DNA of 64,000 nucleotides, taken from NCBI GenBank assembly GCA_964642545.1, contig CAZXQU010000005.1, positions 1,669 through 65,668 of the forward strand. Direction: 5' to 3'. This document shows positions 19,516 through 25,935 of the stretch, one piece after another. A program made the position numbers and the translations under genes. Each line of letters begins with the position of its first letter. The stretch's first letter is position 1. This DNA comes from an uncultured Prolixibacteraceae bacterium. GTDB lineage: Bacteria; Bacteroidota; Bacteroidia; Bacteroidales; FEN-979. The notes under the pieces are model-generated. The model made no database searches. It worked only from the letters and a program-made list of their open reading frames with translations, and was not told the DNA's origin.

Positions 19516-21291
19516 ATGAGTACTACCGTAACTGTCGGACTTGGAAGCTGCGGAATTGCTGCCGGCGCTAATAAAACCTATGAAAAGATCAAGGCCCTGA
19601 AGGAGAGCGAAAACCTCGACTTTGATCTCAAGAAAACTAGTTGCATCGGGATGTGCTACCGCGAACCTCTGGTAGAGATTGTTGACGATACCGGAACCTA
19701 TATTTATGGAGATGTAAATGCCGAGCGTGCAATCGAAGTCATTGAGAAACATGTCACCCAGCACGACCCGATTCGGGATTATATCGTATACACCGACCTT
19801 TTTGATGCACCCGAGAATAGCTTCATGAACTCACAGGTAAAGATCGTGTTGCGAAACTGTGGCTATATGGACCCTGAGTCGATTGATGAATACGAAGCCC
19901 GCGACGGATACAAGGCAATCAAAAAGATCACAGTGGAGAAGATTCCTGCCGATCAGGTCATCGAAACGATACTCAAATCGGGTCTTCGTGGCCGCGGTGG
20001 TGGTGGATTCCCTACTGGGCTGAAGTGGAAGTTTGCCAGAGCGAATAAATCCGATGAGAAATATGTGATTTGTAATGCCGACGAGGGCGACCCCGGAGCC
20101 TTTATGGATCGCAGCATCCTTGAAGGCGACCCGCACTCGGTTTTGGAAGGGATGATCATCGCAGCTTATAGCATTGGAGCCACAGGCGGGGTCATCTACT
20201 GCCGAGCCGAATACCCACTGGCAATCAAACGCCTCAATATCGCACTGGCTCAGGCCCGTAAACGGGGATACCTCGGGAAAGAGATTCTCGGCATCAAGGA
20301 TTTCAATTTCGATATTTATATCAAGGAGGGAGCCGGAGCATTTGTTTGCGGAGAAGAGACTGCCCTTATCGCCTCCGTTGAAGGAGAACGAGGGATGCCT
20401 CGTAAGCGGCCGCCATTTCCTGCCGAATCGGGATTGTGGCGTAAACCTACCAACATCAATAACGTAGAGACCTTAAACAACATCCCCTGGATTGTTTTGA
20501 ACGGAGCTGAAGCCTTTGCCAAATACGGGACAGAGAAGAGTAAGGGAACAAAAGTATTCGCCCTCGCCGGGAAGGTCAGGAATTCGGGATTGGTAGAGGT
20601 GCCAATGGGTATCACCATCAACGAAGTGATCATGAAACTCGGTGGTGGGATCAAGAACGACAAAAAGTTCAAGGCGGTTCAGTTGGGCGGTCCTTCGGGA
20701 GGCTGTATCCCACAGTATCTTTCAGAGACTATAGTGGATTACGACTCGGTAAATGCTACCGGGGCGATCATGGGATCAGGCGGGATGGTTGTGATGGACG
20801 AAAGTACCTGCATGGTCGATGTGGCTAAATTTTTCCTCGATTTCACCTGTAAAGAGTCTTGTGGAAAGTGTACTTTCTGCCGGGTTGGAACGGTAAGGAT
20901 GCTGGAAATCCTCGAACGCATCACCAACGGCGAAGGGCGCGAAGGGGATATAGAAAAGCTTGAGGAACTGGCATATGAGATCAAGGATAACTCTCTGTGC
21001 GGGCTCGGTCAAACAGCGCCTAATCCTGTACTCACTACCATCAAGTACTTCAGAGATGAATATGAAGCGCACATTGTCCATAAAAAATGCCCCGCGAAAG
21101 TGTGCCGTCCATTGCTGACTTACACCGTTGATCAGGAGAAATGTACCGGTTGCATGGTTTGTTTGAAAAACTGTCCGGCCAACGCCATTACAGGAGAGCG
21201 CAAGCAACCACACCTCATCAACCAGGATCTCTGCACTCAGTGCGGCGTGTGTTATACAAAATGTAAGTTCGACTCGATTATCCTGACATAA
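19516..21291 (+). CDS. NuoF/HydB-like NAD(H)- and FMN-binding subunit with N-terminal thioredoxin-like 2Fe-2S domain and C-terminal 2x[4Fe-4S] ferredoxin extension
   Basis: GLRGRGGGGFPTGLKWKF, ICNADEGDPGAFMDR and ESCGKCTFCR (N3 cluster), followed by CTGCMVCLKNCP...CTQCGVCYTKC. Confidence 0.9.
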   Translation: MSTTVTVGLGSCGIAAGANKTYEKIKALKESENLDFDLKKTSCIGMCYREPLVEIVDDTGTYIYGDVNAERAIEVIEKHVTQHDPIRDYIVYTDLFDAPENSFMNSQVKIVLRNCGYMDPESIDEYEARDGYKAIKKITVEKIPADQVIETILKSGLRGRGGGGFPTGLKWKFARANKSDEKYVICNADEGDPGAFMDRSILEGDPHSVLEGMIIAAYSIGATGGVIYCRAEYPLAIKRLNIALAQARKRGYLGKEILGIKDFNFDIYIKEGAGAFVCGEETALIASVEGERGMPRKRPPFPAESGLWRKPTNINNVETLNNIPWIVLNGAEAFAKYGTEKSKGTKVFALAGKVRNSGLVEVPMGITINEVIMKLGGGIKNDKKFKAVQLGGPSGGCIPQYLSETIVDYDSVNATGAIMGSGGMVVMDESTCMVDVAKFFLDFTCKESCGKCTFCRVGTVRMLEILERITNGEGREGDIEKLEELAYEIKDNSLCGLGQTAPNPVLTTIKYFRDEYEAHIVHKKCPAKVCRPLLTYTVDQEKCTGCMVCLKNCPANAITGERKQPHLINQDLCTQCGVCYTKCKFDSIILT

Positions 21292-21350
21292 CCCCTCCCC
21301 AACCCTCCCCTAAAGGGGAGGGAGTAAGTCCCCTTTAGGGGATTTAGGGG
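21290..21350. repeat. 61-nt double-hairpin REP-like element, copy A
   Basis: aacccctccccaaccctcccctaaaggggagggagtaagtcccctttaggggatttagggg. Stems are ccctcccc/ggggaggg (loop taaa) and tcccc/gggga (loop ttta). 59 of 61 positions match copy B at 42451-42511. Confidence 0.85.
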
Positions 21351-21387
21351 CAAAAAGAAACCACAAAACATCAAAAAAATCATTGTA

Positions 21388-24300
21388 ATGTCTGAACAAT
21401 CACTAAACATCATATTGGACGGAAAAATCGTTAAGGGAACCCCCGGCGAGACCATTCTGCAACTTGCCACACGAAATGGGATCGAGATCCCTACACTTTG
21501 CAATGATAACCGCCTCGAACCCTATTCCTCGTGTTTCGTCTGCGTTGTTGCTGTAGAGGGCATGAGGGGTCATCAGCCTTCCTGTTCCACACGGATTACG
21601 GAAGGGATGAAGATCACCACCTTCAACGAATCAATCCGAAAATCCCGTAAGATGGCGCTGGAGCTGATGCTGAGCAACCATTATGCCGACTGTATCGGGC
21701 CATGCAAGCAGACATGTCCGGCCGGTGTCGATGTACAGGGGTACATCTCACTGATCGAGAAAGGCAACTACTCAGATGCCATTGCCCTTATCAAGGAGAC
21801 TAATCCCTTACCCGCCATTTGTGGCCGTGTTTGTGTACGCCCGTGTGAAAAAGAGTGCCGCAGAAACCTGCTGGATGAAGGATCGCCCGTTGGTATTGAT
21901 TACCTGAAACGATTTGCAGCCGACTGGGATTTGGCATCCCCGGATAAATTTGTTCCCGACATCAAGCCCTCTACCGGGAAAAAGGTGGCTGTGATTGGTG
22001 CCGGGCCGGGAGGATTGTCCGTTGGCTATTTCATGCAAATACAAGGGCATCAGGTGGATATCTTTGAAGCGGCTCCCCATCCGGGCGGATGGCTTCGTTA
22101 CGGAATTCCCGAATACAGACTGCCTAACGACATCCTGGATCAGGAGGTGAAAAATATTACCGATCTCGGTGTTCAGATCTTCTATAACAAGAAGCTGGGT
22201 GAAAATCTGAGTTACAAGGAGATTGCTGAAAAATACGATGCCACAGTTCTTACTATCGGTTCGCAGATCGGAACCGGGGTTGGATGCGAGGGTGATGATG
22301 CCGGGAATGTTTTTTCGGGGATCGACTTCCTGAAGAACATGGAGGTAACCGAACAACATTATGACTTCAGCGGAAAGACTATAGCCGTGGTTGGTGGCGG
22401 AAATACAGCTATGGACTGCTGCCGTACCTCCATCAGGTGTCATGCCGATAAAGTTTATGTGATCTACCGTCGAACGGAAAAGGAGATGCCTGCCAACCCG
22501 ATTGAGATCCATGAATCGAAATTGGAAGGAGTAGAGTACCTGTTCCTGACCCTTCCACAGAAGATCAACAAAAATGCAAAGGGAGAGGTCGAGACAGTTA
22601 CTTGTATCCGGATGGAATTGGGTGAACCCGATGCTTCTGGCCGTCGTCGGCCGGTTCCCATAGAGGGTTCCGAATTTGATATCAAGGTGGACTACATCCT
22701 GGCTGCCATAGGGCAGAAGACCGATGTAAACTGCATCGACGACATCAATACTACTACTTCAACCGGAGAACTGAAGATCAATAAATGGGGCGATATCGAT
22801 GCCGACCGGAATACACTTCAAACAGGCATTCCATCGGTGTTTGCCGCTGGTGACGGGGTTACCGGACCGGCAACCATCATTGAAGCGATAGCCCAGGCAC
22901 GCGTAGCGGCACACAGTGCGAACCAATACCTCATGGGAGAGGAGATTACACCGGGTAACAAGCCATTTACAAGCAAGCGCGAGAATTTTAAAAAGCAGGT
23001 CAAGGAGGATTTTCTTGGGGCCTTTGACAGCCAGATAAGGGAAGAGATGCCGGTACTGGATGCTGATCAGCGGATGAATTTCGATGAAGTGGAACTCGGT
23101 TACGCCGGGGAAGAGGTTGCACTGCATGAAACCCAGCGTTGCCTAGAATGTGGTTGTAATGCCTTTTTCGATTGTGACCTCCAGCAATATTCTACAGATT
23201 ACAATGCTGATCAAAAGGGATTTGCCGGGGCATATAAGGAGTACCAAGTTGACTTCCGTCATCCCTATATCGAAATCGACAATAACAAATGTATCCTTTG
23301 CTCACGCTGTGTCCGCATTTGCCGTGAAGTGGTTGGCGCCAATGCCCTGGGTCTCGTTAACCGGGGATTTGAAACCTACGTCTCACCAAGTATGGGAGAT
23401 TCTCTCCAGGATACCTACTGCGAATCATGCGGGATGTGTATCTCGACATGTCCAACCGGAGCCATTAGTGAAAATGTGCTCTTCAAACCAGGGCCGGTAC
23501 GCACCACCGCTGCCGAAACCATTTGCAACTACTGTTCGATTGGTTGTTCATTAAACCTGAATCACCTGAACGGTTTCGTGATGAATGTGACAGGAACCAC
23601 CGGATTGGTTAATGAAAAAGGAAATATCTGCCGGTTCCCCCGGTTTGGATACTCCTATCTGAACGATAGAAACCGCATCATCTCTCCTATGAAACGGGTC
23701 AATAGAAAATTTGAAAAGATCACCTTTGAGGAGGCGTTCAGGATCATGTTTGAGAAAATCAGATCGGTAGATCCGGATGATAATGTTTTTTTTGCGGGAG
23801 CACGGCTAACCAATGAAGAACTTTACCTGGTCCAAAAGCTGGCCCGCGCTGGTGCCAAGACCGGAAATATCGGAAGTTTCCATTACCTTAGTAGATGGCA
23901 GGCTTACCGAATGGATGAATCGATGAACACCTCATTTGGTGAGATTGATCAGGCCTCCAAAATTTTCTTGGTTGGTTCAGAAATAAACAGAGATAATGCT
24001 GTTGCAGGATTCATGGTCAGCAATGCCCGTGCAATGAAACATATTCCTGTAGTACTTGTTACAACCCGGGAAGAGAATGCCATGGCCCATAAAGTAGACA
24101 AGATTATCGAGGTAAAATCATACTACTACTTCACTAAAGCCGTAAATCATTTTCTCTTGACAAACAAGATGGAAAATACACTGTTCCTGCGTGATAGGGT
24201 GGATGGCTTGAGTGAATACAAAGAGCAGATGGCAACCGAGGATTATCCTGCACTGTTAGCTAATGCCGGAATAACGGCTGAGGTGGTAAAAAACTTTGCT

Positions 24301-25101
24301 GAAGAGTACAACAATGAGTTGAACGGGATTATCCTCTATTCTGAAAAGGAGGTTTCCGGCAATGGCGCCATCGCCCTGATGAATTTGGCTATGATCACCG
24401 GGAAACTTGGAAAAACCGCCAACGGGTTGATTGTCCTGAAAGAGAAGAATAACGCACAGGGGCTGTTCGACATGGGTATCAACCGGAAGTATGGCGTAGG
24501 GGGCAGGAGCCTGACTGATACAGCCTACCTGAAACACCTCATGGAAGCCTGGAAGGTTGATTCAATACCGGGTCCTGATCTTGTATGCCTCAAAACGAAC
24601 CTCACGCTAGGGAAGATCAAAAACATCTTTATCTTTGGGGAAGATCCCGTGGGATGCGACATTACCGGATCCTATTCCACATTGATTGAACAAATCCCGT
24701 TCAAAGTAGTTCAGGATTATTTCATGACGGATACGGCGAAGATGGCCGACCTGATTCTGCCAGCTTCATTCCCAACGGAAATTGGGGGCACCTTCTCCAA
24801 TACACAGAAGGTAATCCTGGAGTTTGACAAGGTTTTGCCTTCCCGTTTGGCGATGGATTCCATTCAGCAGCTCATCAAGACCCTGAAACGTTTCGGGTTG
24901 AATGGAGTGGAGAGCAGGGAGGATGTTTTCTCTGAGATCATCCAGCTGCTGCCGCAAACGGAGGAGGAGATGCCGGTTGAGAAACTCTCGCTGACGTACA
25001 GCGTTGACGATAATCCCAACCGTGCCTTTAACTTCGGATGCGACTACCTTGTGAAGCGATTTGAAGAGGAGTTTGAAAACCGAATGAAAAATGGAAATTA
25101 G
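21388..25101 (+). CDS. 1237-aa fusion subunit: N-terminal plant-type 2Fe-2S, then a GltD/NfnB-like FeS + FAD/NAD(P)H module, then NuoG/FdhA-type FeS cluster domains, then a truncated degenerate molybdopterin-oxidoreductase-like domain
   Basis: LNIILDGKIV..IEIPTLC..SCFVCVV. CPAGVDVQGYI..ETNPLPAICGRVCVRPCEKEC. KVAVIGAGPGGLSVGY...AVVGGGNTAMDC. CILCSRCVRIC, CESCGMCISTCP, CNYCSIGCSL. No Cys/Sec-His active-site motif and no C-terminal molybdopterin-binding barrel. Confidence 0.85.
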   Translation: MSEQSLNIILDGKIVKGTPGETILQLATRNGIEIPTLCNDNRLEPYSSCFVCVVAVEGMRGHQPSCSTRITEGMKITTFNESIRKSRKMALELMLSNHYADCIGPCKQTCPAGVDVQGYISLIEKGNYSDAIALIKETNPLPAICGRVCVRPCEKECRRNLLDEGSPVGIDYLKRFAADWDLASPDKFVPDIKPSTGKKVAVIGAGPGGLSVGYFMQIQGHQVDIFEAAPHPGGWLRYGIPEYRLPNDILDQEVKNITDLGVQIFYNKKLGENLSYKEIAEKYDATVLTIGSQIGTGVGCEGDDAGNVFSGIDFLKNMEVTEQHYDFSGKTIAVVGGGNTAMDCCRTSIRCHADKVYVIYRRTEKEMPANPIEIHESKLEGVEYLFLTLPQKINKNAKGEVETVTCIRMELGEPDASGRRRPVPIEGSEFDIKVDYILAAIGQKTDVNCIDDINTTTSTGELKINKWGDIDADRNTLQTGIPSVFAAGDGVTGPATIIEAIAQARVAAHSANQYLMGEEITPGNKPFTSKRENFKKQVKEDFLGAFDSQIREEMPVLDADQRMNFDEVELGYAGEEVALHETQRCLECGCNAFFDCDLQQYSTDYNADQKGFAGAYKEYQVDFRHPYIEIDNNKCILCSRCVRICREVVGANALGLVNRGFETYVSPSMGDSLQDTYCESCGMCISTCPTGAISENVLFKPGPVRTTAAETICNYCSIGCSLNLNHLNGFVMNVTGTTGLVNEKGNICRFPRFGYSYLNDRNRIISPMKRVNRKFEKITFEEAFRIMFEKIRSVDPDDNVFFAGARLTNEELYLVQKLARAGAKTGNIGSFHYLSRWQAYRMDESMNTSFGEIDQASKIFLVGSEINRDNAVAGFMVSNARAMKHIPVVLVTTREENAMAHKVDKIIEVKSYYYFTKAVNHFLLTNKMENTLFLRDRVDGLSEYKEQMATEDYPALLANAGITAEVVKNFAEEYNNELNGIILYSEKEVSGNGAIALMNLAMITGKLGKTANGLIVLKEKNNAQGLFDMGINRKYGVGGRSLTDTAYLKHLMEAWKVDSIPGPDLVCLKTNLTLGKIKNIFIFGEDPVGCDITGSYSTLIEQIPFKVVQDYFMTDTAKMADLILPASFPTEIGGTFSNTQKVILEFDKVLPSRLAMDSIQQLIKTLKRFGLNGVESREDVFSEIIQLLPQTEEEMPVEKLSLTYSVDDNPNRAFNFGCDYLVKRFEEEFENRMKNGN

Positions 25102-25134
25102 GAAATTAGGAAACTAGGAAATTAGGAAAATAGG
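25093..25134. repeat. 8-nt array, 5 units (ggaaatta ggaaatta ggaaacta ggaaatta ggaaaata)
   Basis: Read directly. Contains the last two codons and the TAG stop (25099-25101) of the 1237-aa gene. Confidence 0.85.
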
Positions 25135-25149
25135 TTATTTAAGTTTTAC

Positions 25150-25178
25150 ATGAAACCTGAAACCCTGAAACCTGAAAC
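25150..25178. repeat. 7-8 nt array, 4 units (atgaaac ctgaaac cctgaaac ctgaaac)
   Basis: Read directly, 10 nt upstream of the rubrerythrin-like ATG. Confidence 0.8.
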
Positions 25179-25187
25179 AAACCAAAT

Positions 25188-25643
25188 ATGATCGAATTTA
25201 ACAACATCAGCGATGTTCTCGATTTTGCGATCGGGGAGGAACAGGCAGCTGTAGAGTTTTACCTGAAACTGGCAGAATTGTCGAAAAATGAACAGGTTCA
25301 AAAAATCTTCTATGATTTTGCCGAAGAGGAGATGAAGCACAAGGCGAAATTAATAGAGGTGAAGATCAATGGTGCAACGGTGTTTGGGAACATTCCCATT
25401 GTTGACATGAAATTAGCGGATTACCTGGTAGATGTAAAAGCAACACCAGATATGTCATACGAGAAAGCCCTGATACTGGCAATGAAAAAGGAGAAGGCTG
25501 CTTTCAAGCTCTATACTGCATTGGCCGACCGTGCCAAACAACCGGAGATGCAGGAGATGTTCCGTCATCTGGCGATGGAAGAGTCAAAACACAAGATGCA
25601 GTTTGAAATTGAGTACGACGACTATATCCTGAGGGAAAATTAA
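25188..25643 (+). CDS. Rubrerythrin/ferritin-like di-iron four-helix-bundle protein (no rubredoxin domain)
   Basis: Two E-x-x-H motifs (AEEEMKHK and AMEESKHK) plus upstream Glu residues, in a 151-aa helical protein. Confidence 0.8.
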   Translation: MIEFNNISDVLDFAIGEEQAAVEFYLKLAELSKNEQVQKIFYDFAEEEMKHKAKLIEVKINGATVFGNIPIVDMKLADYLVDVKATPDMSYEKALILAMKKEKAAFKLYTALADRAKQPEMQEMFRHLAMEESKHKMQFEIEYDDYILREN

Positions 25644-25931
25644 GAGATATACTCCATGATCCCGAAGTAGATATGCCACGCCAGCTCCTTCTGAAACTCA
25701 GGATCTTTGTCTTTGTCCCCATCTGAGAAATCATATCGCAGCTTAAGGCTTAGGTTGTTATAAAGGAGCTCTACTTTAATTGCAATCATCTCTGCAAGTC
25801 GGTCTGACTTGGTTGTTCCCTTTGTTATGTATATCTCGAACCCTCTGGCCTGGCTGTTAAATGCATTTGAGTGGATGGAGATAAAATCTTCATTATCTTT
25901 GAATCCGCAGGAGAGAAAATTAGATCGTAAT
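25640..25931 (-). pseudogene. Remnant of an Amidase_3-type N-acetylmuramoyl-L-alanine amidase (C-terminal part only, apparent internal deletion, no start codon)
   Basis: Minus-strand frame reads ...DFISIHSNAFNSQARGFEIYITKGTTKSDRLAEMIAIKVE...LKLRYDFSDGDKDKDPEFQKELAWHIYFGIMEYIS*. An in-frame stop lies upstream at 25932-25934, and the N-terminal zinc-ligand half is missing. Confidence 0.45.
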
Positions 25932-25935
25932 CAAG

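Noticed and set aside
21808-22512. Long antisense ORFs in the track. Examples: 21808-22512 (234 aa), 34770-35327 (185 aa), 59362-59871 (169 aa), 40837-41337 (166 aa), 49230-49715 (161 aa), 31393-31875, 33045-33512, 10528-10935 and many 60-130 aa ORFs.
   Set aside because: All lie fully inside well-supported genes on the opposite strand or in another frame. They have low-complexity or Arg/Ser/Pro-rich composition and no recognisable motifs. They are shadow ORFs.
23575-25101. Calling the 1237-aa protein a formate dehydrogenase alpha subunit (molybdopterin enzyme)
   Set aside because: The region aligning to the Cys/Sec-His active-site segment reads GSFHYLSRWQAY, with no Cys or in-frame TGA. The domain is about 200 aa too short and lacks the C-terminal MGD-binding barrel. 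I treat it as a NuoG-like degenerate scaffold pending proper alignment.
25504-25734. 76-aa minus-strand ORF overlapping the rubrerythrin 3' end
   Set aside because: It has no recognisable features and overlaps a good gene. The amidase-like similarity in this region is in a different minus-strand frame (25640-25931) that lacks a start codon, so I call that a remnant instead.
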